Notes: generated by a model not told the origin, from the sequence alone. A stretch of 54,683 nucleotides of DNA from Welwitschia mirabilis (GCA_051453625.1 JBOZIK010000001.1:11510080-11564762); one strand, 5' to 3'. Positions 38,666-51,654 are shown, counted from the stretch's first letter. Program-made: numbers and translations.

Positions 38666-40182
38666 TGTTAGATTATGTTTTATCAATTAATGTCAAACCA
38701 ATATTTTTTGTATAGAAAATTTTGTGTATCTTATGCAGAAGATGTTAATTGCTTATAGTTCTAAAGATAAAACCAAAACCATCAAATTCTGAGCACTAGA
38801 AACCTATTAGTTCATTTATCCTCTTAAGGGATTGACCAAATTTTAAAGGGGTCAACCACACCTGAAAAGATAGAAAAAATGAACTAAATCTAGAGGGGTC
38901 GACCAGAATCCTGATGGGGTCAATTGAATTTATAATCTTAAGAATCAATATCCTTGAATCGAATGGTAAGGGGTTAACTAGATATTTATTGAGTTAACTG
39001 GATCTATGAATCAAGGAACAATACTCTTAAACCAATTAACAAGGGATCGACCGAACTTATGATGGCTGACGGGACCTGAGCATTGTGTAGCTAATACTCC
39101 TAAGCCGATTATCATGGGGTCGACCGGATACCTAAAGGGGTTGATTGGACCTGATGCTAGAAATTGGAAAGATCTTTATTAGGACAAGTAGGTGACTAGA
39201 TTTTATAGTGGATGATTGGACTGGGGTCGATTAAACCCAAATGGGATCGACTGGACATGAAGCCGTAAGAAATTAGGACAACCGAAATTTTTACTCGAGT
39301 GATCTATGTAAGTCATGACACTAGATGAGGTCAACCAGACCTTTGAGGGATTGACCAGATAGAATGAAACTAAAATTTTCTATCTATTTTATACCCATTA
39401 TGTAGTTGTTACATAGTTATTTATAGCCATTGAAAGCACATTTCAGTTGTAATAAACCCTAAAAGCCTTCCAATATAAATAGTATATAATCTTTTTGAAA
39501 TCATTTTCAATTATGTTAGTCTTTGGATCTAAGGAACTAGCACTATAATTTTGTGATATTCTTTGTTAAGTTTTGGCATTTGTACGTATGACTAAGAAAT
39601 ATATATTGTCTATATCATCTTCACATTCAAGGTCAGATCTAGTGCTTCATCTAATATACATCTATAGGAGAAGAGCTCCATCAAATATACTATATCAAGA
39701 ATGGGTGATATCTATGTATATTGGCATCATTGCATCACTATTCTAAATTGTGAAAGGTTGAGACTAAGCCTTAAAAAGTCTATTCAAAGTTTGATACTAA
39801 GCCTAGAAAAGTCCATTCAAAGATTGAGACTAATCCTAGAAAAGTCCATTTGTAAAGGTTATAGATGAGCTTGGAATACCTATTGGAGTAATGAAGATCC
39901 GGAACAAGCTTGGTGATAAAATGATCATCAAGAGTAGAGTAGGGGGGTTCTCAAACCACTATAAATTTTACGTGTATCTATTCGGTATTTTGTGCTTTTA
40001 GTTAGTTTATTTCTTTACTTATATTAGATTTTTCTTTTCATGCATGTTTTAAATTAGTACATTATTTTGTGCAAGTATTCGATACATCTCTAATTCATTT
40101 AGAATACTCTGTTGTAATTTTTAAGAACTTATTAAACCTTCCCCCTCCCCCTCTGCCTTGTCTAAGGTTCTCAATCCTATCA
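38666..40182 (+). repeat. 3' LTR of E (1517 bp)
   Basis: Direct repeat of 32782-33967 plus a block of GGTCGACC-type palindromic motifs (~38895-39255). Confidence 0.95.
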
Positions 40183-41146
40183 ATGCTTGCCTAATGGTTC
40201 CTACTATAACTTTAATCAAGGCTAATAGGTTATTATCAGATTTCAATAAGAAAACTAAGGGATCCAAAATTAAAAAGTAAAGGTATTAGCTCATATAAAC
40301 TAGCTTTTAAGAATTTTAAGTTAGTTAGAGTACAACTGTCATTTTCACTAAAGAAAGGTATGAAAGTAATGCTAAAGAAATGGATAAAATTGAATTAAAC
40401 ATCATACATATTACTAGATATCAAGACAAGTATACACATAGAGTAGCTAGTTAGGATAAATAAATCCCTATCTAACTTAGAAAAGATGAGCACTCTTATT
40501 TAGACAAATAACAATGATGATTATAATAGTTATATGATTATGATAGAGAGAAGGAACGACCTCCAAGAGTGATGAACTACAATTTAGTGTATGAGGGAAG
40601 ATTCTCCACATGGGTAAGAAAATACTATGTAGAAAGAGATACATAAGATACTAAAGTAATTAAAACATTTATCTAGTAAGTCTAATGATTATAAATACAT
40701 AAAATTCTAACCATGATGCATCTCCTAGGGAGTAGTATATTATGATGTTTAAAGAAAGAAAAAGTCATAGGCAAATTCCAAGGGACTAATTAAGGACATA
40801 TCTATTTATTATAGACATGACACATTGTGGATCATACTTCTTATTCTATATTCTCTTTTTTAATTCATCACTTACATTACATTGTTATTGTTACATAGTT
40901 GATGTTGTTGTATGTCTTTTTGTATTATCATTGCATAGTATTGCTCTTTTATTAACATTGAACAATATTGTTTTTTTATTAGCATTACACTTCATCAAAA
41001 TTACTTGGGTTATATATCTAATGATTTTACCTTAATGAACACTACTTTTCTTATGGCTTAACTATGTTAATTTATCTTTTTCTTTAAGTTGTAAATTTTT
41101 TTATTAGTCTAGAATTGGTGTTTTTAATAAATTTTCTAGATTTTAA

Positions 41147-42844
41147 CATCATCAAAAAGTGGAAAATTGTTGAACTACTTAGTTTTGATGTGTAAATATT
41201 ATCAAATCATTATTATGTATGGATAATAATCATAAATTTCAAGTTTCATTGAGTTTAAAGAAGATGTCTAAAAGGCTAAAGATGTATTCTATACAAGATA
41301 AAATCTACTAAAGTAAATACATCTATAAGACAATGAGTGAGCTTTTCAAAGTTCATTTAAATTCAATGTCTTAGTGAGATTTATGTATTTCAAGGAGTTT
41401 TTTAGTGAAGACATCTATACTTTTTTAAAAAATATAATATACCATGAGAAGTCTACAAGGTGAAAGAAATTTTAGCAGAATCAACAAATCATGAGAGATA
41501 TTTTAAGACATTTAATATACCATGAGAAGTCTATAAGGTAAAATAAATTTTGCAGAACTAACAAATCATGAGAGAATATGTCTACTAAATTAAAGCCCGA
41601 CAAGCAGAAAGGTTAGTTGCAGTAGGTAACAACTTGTCAATCTTAACAACATCCTAGCACAAGTAATTATGTGTTCCCATACTAACCTAAATGCATGAAT
41701 TCCCCTTAAAGCCCATGTATGTGTGGTGTGGACTACTGATATAGGAACAAGATGGGGATTGCAATTCTTTTGTCATGTTGACTTCTCGAATGAGAACCTT
41801 CTTCTATTTCTAGAGATTACTTCATCCAAATTCAAGATAGTAAAGACATATTAATAAAGCATAAGAGCATTAATAGAATATTCCCTATAGAAAACAAAGA
41901 TATCTATAATGAGGTAATTTTTAACAAAAATTTAAAATATGATTTTAATCATTCACAAAGAATTTCGGATTTTAAATTGAAGATGTATATACATTGTAAA
42001 GATGTTTAAAAGTCATGAAGATATATATTTCAACTTAAAATGTGAAAATTAAAAGTATTCATTTGGCTTACAAATTTGGAGGTTTCTACATACCACATTT
42101 TTAGTGACTAAATTTGGAAACTTCCTATGAAAGTTAAAAAGATTAAATTTTCTTGTTTTTCGAATAAGCTTATTTAAAAATATTTCTTTTTAGCTCAACA
42201 AGGTTCCATACACATAAGAAACACTCTGTAACACCTTAAAGAAGAAAGAACCAAATATTCATCAAGATGCTTCTACTAATACTTCTTCTTAGAGGCTCTA
42301 ATACTAATTAATTAAGAATTATTCTTTATTCTATTCTCTTCTTAGCTTGCTTTTATTATATCTCTATACATAGGTGGAGATTATATTTTTGAATAAATTG
42401 TAAATCCACATACCTTTATTTTCACTCCACTCTCACCTTGAAAGGCCTGTATCATATAGGTTCTAGAAGAATTCCAAATTGTATGAGTGATTTGTGAGGA
42501 TTTTTGGTGTGTTCTTAAGATAATCATAACTTTGTTAGCTTGAACCTTGAGGGTTTGAGTTTACTATATAATGAGGAGTTACTTCATTATACTTTAAGCC
42601 TTATGGGATTGGTGGTAAGTCTTAAACCCAAAATTTTCTAAGCATAAATATTTAGAGGTGTGCCTAATTTCACCTCTCAAGTATGAACTATCTGAAATGG
42701 GAAATCACATAAATTTAATAAGAGTTTTAATTTTTATTTGCATACTATTTTATTTCTACAAGTAAGTTATTTTTCATAGTGTAATTTTTGTATAAAACTC
42801 ATTCATTCCTTTCCTTTGAGTTATACAATTCAATTGTATTTCTA
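41147..42844 (+). repeat. PPT and 3' LTR of SIRE element F (LTR from 41168)
   Basis: CATCATCAAAAAGTGGAAAAT|TGTTGAAC..GTTTTGATG matches a decayed SIRE PPT-LTR junction; decayed ATTCATTCCTTTCCT near 42801; internal ~80-bp duplication 41435-41575. Right end approximate. Confidence 0.65.
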
Positions 42845-42849
42845 ATTTG

Positions 42850-44500
42850 TCTTTTCTTTCTTAACTAATTTGACCATAACCATAAATACTTCACCAAAAT
42901 TTTGTACAATGTTTTTATATCACAAAGTTAGTAAATTAAGTCTCACTAAAGATTACATGTTTTTTTGTAATCTCCAAGGATTTTCTTTAAATATTTCTTG
43001 AACTTCCATATTTATATAATCTAGGATAGCATTTTGTTGACTTAACTAATTAACTTTAAAAATTATGTCATGGGTACTCAAATTAATTATCAAAAAATCC
43101 CAAACCAAGATATATCCCTTAGAATAAATGTTGATCTTAGAATCATTTCATTCATTAATTTTCTTAGGCCATTAGAAATATTTATTTTTCATTCATAAAG
43201 TATCTTCATATTATCTAATTTTTATTATTTAATACATCTTGATAAAATGAAAAAAGTAGTAGCTCCACTATCAATTACATAGTAATAAAATTTTCTAAAA
43301 TAATATCTCTCCCTTTGATGATGAAAGTTTACTACTATGTGGATAGTGTAATAATTACTACTAGAATTTTACTTTGTAAGCTCTTCATTACATTAGAATT
43401 TGTAGTAGTGATAGCCTGCTCATTAAGTTATGATAAGATTTTATTTCAATGAAAAAACCTAATTAATTACTATTTTTTATTTTTCATTTAATCAAAAAAT
43501 CCTTCTACATATCTAATTAGCCATAAATAAGCTAGTTCTTAATTTAAAATTGAATACTTCTTTATAAATTGTTCTTACTAAAGCTTGATCTGTTGATGCT
43601 AATTTAAGTAATACTTAATGAATTTTTAGAAGATAAGAATTCATAATTATGAAACTTTTATTTGAATAATATAAATTAAAGTTTTCTAAAATATATTTTA
43701 TTATAGTTCATCATTCATCCCTATTATCCCTTTAATTTCTCAACTTTCTACCTCAATAATCAAACATCTTGGAACTAGGGCCTCTTGTTAGAAGTTTCTT
43801 ACTCCTTATTATAGATTCTTCTTTTTTCTGTTCTTTCAATCTTTCTTAGGGACATTTGTTTTAGATACTACTTCAGCCAATGTAGTAGGTTTATGATTAA
43901 AAAATATGTCTCTTAATGCAGGATTTAATTTTTCTAATAAATGAATTAATTTATCTAGATCTTCAATATTCACATGCCTTACACATCTTAGTAGGATTAA
44001 GAATCTCATTTCATATTATGCTATAGTAATATTTCTTTATCTTATGACATAGAACTCTTTGGCTTTAGCTCTTTTAGAATTTGTTATGACATATCTTGTA
44101 CTAGAAAATTATAGAAAGCCATCCTTCATTAAATCATTTTCAGGTATCTCTAGATTTAAATCCTTTTTAGGCATCTCTAGCTTTTTCTTTTTATTTTTCC
44201 ATCATAAAGAAGCTTCCTACTCAAGTTAACATAATCTATTATTACCATATCTTTACTACATAAGTAATTGAGTTATAATAACTTATTTATATCTTTAGTT
44301 AAATATTTAATTTCTTTAAAGATTAGTCATCACAAATTCTTAAATTTTTCCATAATGTTACATTGATATTATCTAATTCAATCACAAGGGTGTGATCCCT
44401 TGTTGTTTTTTCAAACAATTAAAAACCTTAAACCATAAATTAAGTAGGGTTATTAGGACCTCTTGCTTTCTACATGTTATGATTTATCTCTCTCCTAAAG
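42850..44500 (-). pseudogene. gag-pol: Element G: Tekay/Del-like Ty3/gypsy gag-protease remnant
   Basis: - strand: *LE*EASL*WKNK (~44190-44230; cf. YQLEGEA..WW), RNITIA*YEMRFLILLR (~43990-44040; cf. GNMTVAEYEARF), protease YVIDSGATT (~43255-43282). Confidence 0.7.
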
Positions 44501-45213
44501 TAGATAATGTTAGTATATAATCCCAAAACTTTTAGCCATGTCTTAATATAATTATGATATTTTTAGCTATTTTGTAATGTAACTAAGATTCATCAATTAG
44601 AAATATGTCTAAACCAATTTGATTTAAAATATTTAAGGTTCATCATGATTAAACTAGATTAAATTAAAAAGACACATTATATAGTTAGACTATTTACTTA
44701 TGAATATCAATATAAGAAATTAAATAGAGAAAGTCACATGATAGATAAAGTTTTAATAGTTTCAAATCATATAATTAAAAGAGATATGTAATAATTTTGT
44801 ACTCTTAGTTATTGTTTTAAAGCATTTGTATTTGAACTTGAAAGTATAATAGATACATTATTAGGTAATCATTCATCAAAAGTAATAAATTCTTCTTTTT
44901 TAGTATTTTATTTTGATTCTAAGTCCTTAATTCCTAAACCCAAGATTGATAATTATGAATGATTGTCTCAATCCATGGTATCTTTTACCCACTTTATCTA
45001 TATCTTTCATTAATGTTTATCTCTTATTTATGCTATTCCTTAATGCGTTTACTACTTCTATAAGCATAAATTCTACTACATGTGATTTTATAATATCAAT
45101 AACATTGTTAAGATCTAAAACATGTAATATGTGTTCTATTTTATACATCTTTATGTTAATAGAGATATAACTCATAAAAATTCAATAATATAAGAATAAT
45201 TTTTTTAATCTAA

Positions 45214-48200
45214 TGCTTTGATGTTAACTTACCATGAATCTATTTTTACACTATTATTTTTTAAAACAAGCTTGACCATTACATCTTAATAAACATAGTT
45301 GCATCTTTTGACTTTTGCTCATGTATAATAGTATGTATAGGAAAAGATATCTATATTTTATGTTTTTTAAATTTTTATAAATAGATATCTAGTTTTCTTC
45401 CTACTATAAAATTATACTTCTTTAATCAATTAACACATAATGTTTAATTGTTTTAACTATCTCAAGATGTATTCTACAATAATACTTTCAAAAAATGTAG
45501 AGTAATCTCCAACTCTCTTTGAACCATTAATCAATAAAGTTAGAACACTTTAACAAGAACAATTTTGATGAAGATTATTTTATAGTGATAATACCAATAT
45601 GCTAATTTGTGACTCCTTTTAGATGCTATATCTTATATTTTAATATCATTAGTCACATTTATCATTTCATCAAAAAGCTTAAATATAGTAAAAGACATGC
45701 ATGACATTCATTCTTTATCTTTTTAAGATCACACTAATGATAAACCTAACCATTTAAGAACATAATCCTTTTTATTAAATTTTAAAGTAGGTTTTTAAAC
45801 GATTCAATGAAGAATCTAAGGATTTCTCATAGAAAGTTCAAAATTTAATATTCATAAATTTGAAGCATAAGATAATTGTAAAAATATACACATATATTAT
45901 GTTCTAACTTATGATTATGGAATTGTTCTCATTAAAGAGTAACTTTGACCTAGTTTAAGTAGGATTCACTTAGGATTCTATATGGTTAAAACTAAAAATA
46001 AATTATATCTTATAAAGGTATCCATAAAACAAGTTAAACATAAGTCATTTCATAAAAATGAAAAATAGTTAACTTTGGATTTGTGTTTATGTGTGGAAAA
46101 GATTTAGAAAGGAAATATGTGATATTTTGATAGAATAATAAGTCATTATTTACCACTTATTTTAAAGCAAAAAATATTTGTAAGCTTGCTTTATGCATAC
46201 ATATGTACATTTAGTAATATACTATATATATTACCATATAAAAATACCAAATCCATAAATTTCTCCTTAAGTTTCTCCCTTCTAAAGGGAGAACCCCTTT
46301 TATCATTTAAATTAACCTTGTTATTCTAATTTAAAATGTAACAAATAAGCATTAAAGATATAAAGGATTAGGCTAATAATGATACAGAGGACAATTTAAA
46401 CTAGAGCATTCATGAATCACCCTATACTTAAGCTAAAAAGTTATAAGAGCCTAAATAATATTTATCTTTCTATGCACATATATTTACAATATTTATAACT
46501 TAAAATATGCATTGCAAAATCATAATGAATAAATTTATATCTTAAAAATGCACTCTAAAATAACTTTTAAAGTAAAACATATCTCATAATATCTATTTTT
46601 AAAATGCTAAACAAATCCTAAATAATGGAAAATATGCTATCTAACTTCTTTTAACAAAAAGAAAGGACTCCCTAAAGATTTAAGTTTGTTACTAATTGAA
46701 GGAAAAATTCATACAGTTTTTTAAAAAAATTAACAATAGAGTCTAACATATTCATTTATAACTTAAAAGGTAATTTGTAAACTTTTAAATAGAATATTTC
46801 TCATATGATACTTATTAATACATAGCCAAAAATTAAAAATTCATTTATGTAAGAAATGCAAGATAGACAAATCTAAGAAATTATAAAAAAAGAGTCTTGG
46901 GTATATACCTTGACTTTAAGCCTTTCTAATTATGAATGAAATCATTTAGAAGTGGAAAGATGGATTTACTAGAGAACGATGGGTTCATGTTATCATTACA
47001 AAAACTAACTCATTATCCAAGTTCACATGCATAATAGAAAATACAAATAAGAACATGTTTACATTTAGACAAACTATGGTCGTCTTAAAAGCCACTTTAA
47101 TCACATCACTTGATATTCTAGGATGCCATCATTGATCCACATAAATGCTTAATTATGATCATATATCCATTAGTTCTTTTAAAAGAGGTCTAAAATCTAA
47201 GCTTGTAATAGTTTTTGTTAACATGAATTCCTAATTCATAGTTTTGAGAAAAAGGCTTAACATCTTGGTCTCCCAGCCTAATATTTCATTAGGGATAAGG
47301 ATACACATAAAAGTACATGTTTTATTCAAAGTCACATGAAAACAAGAAAAATAGTCCTTAATTATATACCAAATTATAAAGAGTCAAAATAAATCTTACT
47401 TTTAGGTTTTATTCCTAAAAGGGAAATAAAAAATCAACTTATAATTTCTAATTACTAGCATGCCCTTTATTTCTTAACTTGTTTTATTTTTCTCCTCTTT
47501 TTTTTCACTTTTCTTTTTTTACTCTTCTTACTTCTAGTTGTGACTATTTATAGGAATTTTGAGATTATGGCTATTTAATATTTTAATTAGTTATTTTGAG
47601 TTGACTAATTTTTTTGCTGGATTTTTTTCCCTACCACTATGTCACTCTTCTATGTTCTTATTTTAAATAGTTCCTATACTGTATCTTTGACGTTTTCATG
47701 TGTTATTATATTTTTTTAAATATTACTCTGATATGTCATTATTTTGAGTGGTTTCTTTCTTATCTTCTATTTTAACTTTTCTTTATGGAAGCTTCTTATG
47801 ACTTTTCTTTTATCTTTTTACATGTTAATATTTTATTTCTCATTTTGTTTTATAACTTATTTTAATATAGATAAAATAAGAAAGTGTTTAATATTGTAGA
47901 TTATCTTCCTTTTAGAATACTTTTCCATTTCTTAATTTTTAACTTAAATTAACATTTTCTATAAAATTATAAATTTCATTCTATAACTCTTTTTTCCATG
48001 AGCTAGAAACATATTTTGGACATCTGCATATTTAAATTAATAAAGCATCCTTTATCAAATTATATTACTATATAATTTTTATTTAATAATTTGAATTTGT
48101 TTAGATATGATTAGTTCAAGCTATCCATACTTCATCACATGAACTTCTTTTTTTATGTTAGCACTATTTATTTTATTTTAAAATATTTTTAAGTTGATAT

Positions 48201-48440
48201 TATTATTTTTATATCATATTTTATTATTGCCTACTATGTTTTATCCTTGTCATATTTACAAAAATATTTTATTTATTTAAAATAATGTTATTTTTTGATA
48301 AGATTCTATCATGAATATAACCCTAAACTTATCCATTCTATCCTAGCTTAGTGAGTGTCTATGTTTCTCTTTAATCATCACTCTTAATACTAACCATGAT
48401 CTTTAATAATTAAATAGTAAAATTGTAAATATGTGCTATA
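45214..48440 (-). repeat. Putative decayed iMet PBS and long 5' LTR of G
   Basis: GCTTTGATGTTA at 45215-45226 reads TAACATCAAAGC on -; a - strand TATA box (CCTATAAATAG) lies at ~47544-47554. Termini not identifiable. Confidence 0.3.
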
Positions 48441-50420
48441 AAGTAAAATTTAGATGTCCCTCTTTATATCTGATTAATCACCATAGTATTTATATCTGAT
48501 TAGTCACCATAGTAATTAATGCTACTTAGAGATTTGAAGGGTGATTGGAATCATGTGTGTAATTCAATTTTAACAGTATCATCTATACAATAGGAAATGC
48601 ACTAAAGCAAATGAGAATGATAAATGAACAAGTGAATCTTGACAGATGAATATCTGACCCTTTTTTTGAACAAAATAAAAAGAAAGGTAATATTTAAAGT
48701 TTCTTATACATTTTTCATTAAGGCTCCAAACTTTTCAATTCTTAATTCCTTCTTTACAAATTCATAATAGACTTCATATTTATCTCTTATTCTACCTTGT
48801 AAAATGTTTTATGTATTTATTTTATATTAAATCATTAATCAGTTGAAAAATACACTTATATGGAATTTCTTTGCATCATTCATGATGGAAAATAATTCCT
48901 TATATTTGAAAGGCATAATAACAATGATGACTTTAAAAATAAATAGTGGGGATATAAATATCATATAATTATTGGTAGAGATGAAAATAGCATAAAGAGT
49001 TATTTTAATTTAAAAATATACATACAATTTAAAAGCGATACATGTTATTATTCAAATGGAATTCATCATTTATGTTATATTACTAGGATATGTCATCTTT
49101 TCATCTTAAAATGGCATAAAACACATATTATATTATGATAATGAAAAAGAATAGCATATCCTGTAACAATTTTAATGTAATGCCTTCTATTAGACCTTCA
49201 AAGCCTCTTCTTTATTTCATTCTATAAAGGATTTCAAGCTTGTTAAAGACAAGCTTAAAACTTTTATATTCAGTTTATCAAATATCAAAGAGAAATAGAA
49301 AGGGAGAGAAAGAGAGAGAAAGATATATATAGGAGGGGAAGAGAGTATAGATATAACCATTTACGCATTTGTTCTTCATGATTAATAGAATATATACCTG
49401 TATTTACATAATATAAGTAAAAATAATAAGTATCCAAAATTTGGGATATGATAATAATTCTTGGATTTATGTATATATATTAAAATAGAGAGGGCTAAAA
49501 TTTGGTATATTGTTAATTTTAAAACAATGAAGGTAATAGAATAATATACCATGTTTAATGTTCATTATAATGGCATAAAAGTATAGCCTCATATGGGAAG
49601 GTAAGCTTCTAGCTTCTTTGTTTTAAACCTTCTTATGTGATAATAAAAACAAATTATGTATCTATGTAGTTTTTTCTCTTTTTAAGTTGTTCAAATCTTA
49701 ATAAGAAAGATACATTAAGGTGAAAGTTATCTTCTCTTATTTACAAGGCTAGGAAAAAAAAATATATAAGACTTCTTACAGAACTAAATAAGAAACACCA
49801 ATGGTAAAGTTTCGCTTTAAGAGTAACTTCATAATGCATAAGGTTATCACCAGTGAGGAGAAAAATTACATGATGAGTATATTCTAAAAATTATCATTTT
49901 TCTTAAATTTAATTAATACCATTATAGTGTTTTCATTTATTTTACCTATTTGTTCCTCATTTGCAATATAATCCAATTAATCTTAAGGACTTCCATATTT
50001 AAATTTAGATTTTAATCTCATAATAATTAATTTATGCAAATAAGTTTTCTAACTTATTCTTTTCTTTAGCAATAAAATTTCTTTTGATTAGTTATGAATA
50101 ATTGATAAAAATTAAATACATAGGTTAAATATTAAATCTAAAATTAAAAGCTATGTTTTATACATTAAGATAAAGATTTTATTAGATTACATATAACTAA
50201 AAATTCTATTTATGTTTAGGAGGAGGAAAAAGGGCATTAAGATTTTAATTTTTTATAATTTCTTAAGCCATTAATCTATCATCTTTTAACAACTAGAATT
50301 CAAACATCTACCATTTTAGAGCATGAATTCTTTACATATTATATTAATGGAGCATTTATTTATACTAGGTCAAGACCTTATGAAACCACCTTTAAAGGTT
50401 TTTAGCAATTCCTTAGTAAC

Positions 50421-51632
50421 TGTTGTAACATTAACTTATGTGTATTTGATAGGGTATTCTGAGTTGTTTTGCAGATAAACTAACAGATAATTGCTTAGTT
50501 CTTATGACAATCGAGAATCAAGGAGCACAAGATGAAAACATGAAAATATCAGATAAAATACAAGCAATTCATGTTGATATAAAAGAGTATCATTTTTAGA
50601 TCATGATTCTACAGAAGACAAAGCAATTCAACTGACTCAAGATTGAGAAAAGATGGTCATCCACCTCATCGTCAACACAACAGTCAGGACAAAAACTCCA
50701 ATTAAGCAATAAACAGAGTTATTTTGAGATAACTTTTAGTTGAACTAAAGATCTTCCTATCAAGCGTCATCATCCACCTCATCGTCTAGATGAAATTAGT
50801 GGATGACATTTTCAGAACTAGTTGACAGAACTTCACATGCAGTTCACAAGCAGTTAAAGTAGAAGCCAAACAAATATCTCATTATTAATCCTGATCGTCT
50901 CCTCCTTCATCTAGATGACCATCAAGATGATACTGTTCTCTGTTACTTTTATCGAATGTATTCTCGAGTTGTCATCTCTTCTTTGCGACTTTACTATGCA
51001 TGTTATCTAGGGTTTCTTATTTACTTTTCTGTCAATTTTCTTTCCCTTTCTGTCTATAAATAAAGGTCTCTTCCTTGATCCCTAATCATCTTTGATAGTA
51101 CTTGACATTCTCATGACAGGAGATCCTGGGACCGGAGAATAGTCTTGTAATCCAGAGAGACGTTACCTTGGTTTTGGGCGGCGTAGCCTCCATTGAGAAA
51201 TGACTACTTTGTGATATAGATGTCTTTTATACTTTTTAATATGAATTATCCTTTTTTTCAATAATTGTAGGAACTTATCCCTCATAGTCTATGTTGTTTA
51301 AAATTTGTGATAAGTTTCTTTAATTATATAGATTATGAGAATAGCCTTTGTTAAGGTTGAGCTTAATTAGATTAGGTGCATTATTGTTTCTTTTCATAGA
51401 TTAGTTTTTCATCACTATTTAAAATCCATGCATTGCAATTTATTTCAGTAAATTAAAGTTACATATTTCTTTCTTGAAATCAACTCTTTATTATCCATAC
51501 TATTGACGTTCGATAGAATTACAACATTCGGATAACTCCAATTATACTAGCATGCTATATTTGTGCATCTTATTTGTAATTAACAGGATTTAAATTAAGG
51601 CATGAATCATTGCATAAGTTCACACTACAACA
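50421..51632 (+). repeat. 5' LTR of H (1212 bp)
   Basis: Terminal inverted repeat TGTTGTA...TACAACA; TATAAATA at ~51055; followed by PBS. Confidence 0.92.
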
Positions 51633-51635
51633 AAT

Positions 51636-51654
51636 TGGCGATGTTGTTGGGGGA
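51636..51654 (+). promoter_or_regulatory. Primer-binding site of H (tRNA-Asp type, decayed)
   Basis: TGGCGATGTTGTTGGGGGA. Confidence 0.85.

Larger units (their letters stand above)
32782..40182 (+). mobile_element. Element E: SIRE-type Ty1/copia, 7401 bp, full-length disrupted pol, internally deleted gag, no env-like ORF
   Basis: TG..CA LTR pair, perfect TSD ATGCT (32777-32781 / 40183-40187), iMet PBS, multiple PPTs, PR-INT-RT-RH order. Confidence 0.95.
32468..40238 (-). mobile_element. Probable short solo LTR (~365 bp: 32468-32781 plus 40188-40238) interrupted by E
   Basis: - strand start TGATAATAACC at 40238, TATA box CCTATAAATA at ~32626-32635, GATTT at both flanks (32464-32468, 40239-40243); left terminus imperfect. 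Confidence 0.45.

Noticed and set aside
8012..45170. Short hydrophobic 60-90 aa ORFs (e.g. 8012..8233, 16296..16565, 26037..26255, 40817..41035, 44946..45170) as small membrane proteins
   Set aside because: F/I/L/Y richness is expected from AT-rich DNA; most lie antisense to or within decayed TE sequence.
50200..50420. Possible LINE RT fragment (YYINGAF)
   Set aside because: No GLRQG or YADD motif and no poly(A) tail; similarity too weak.
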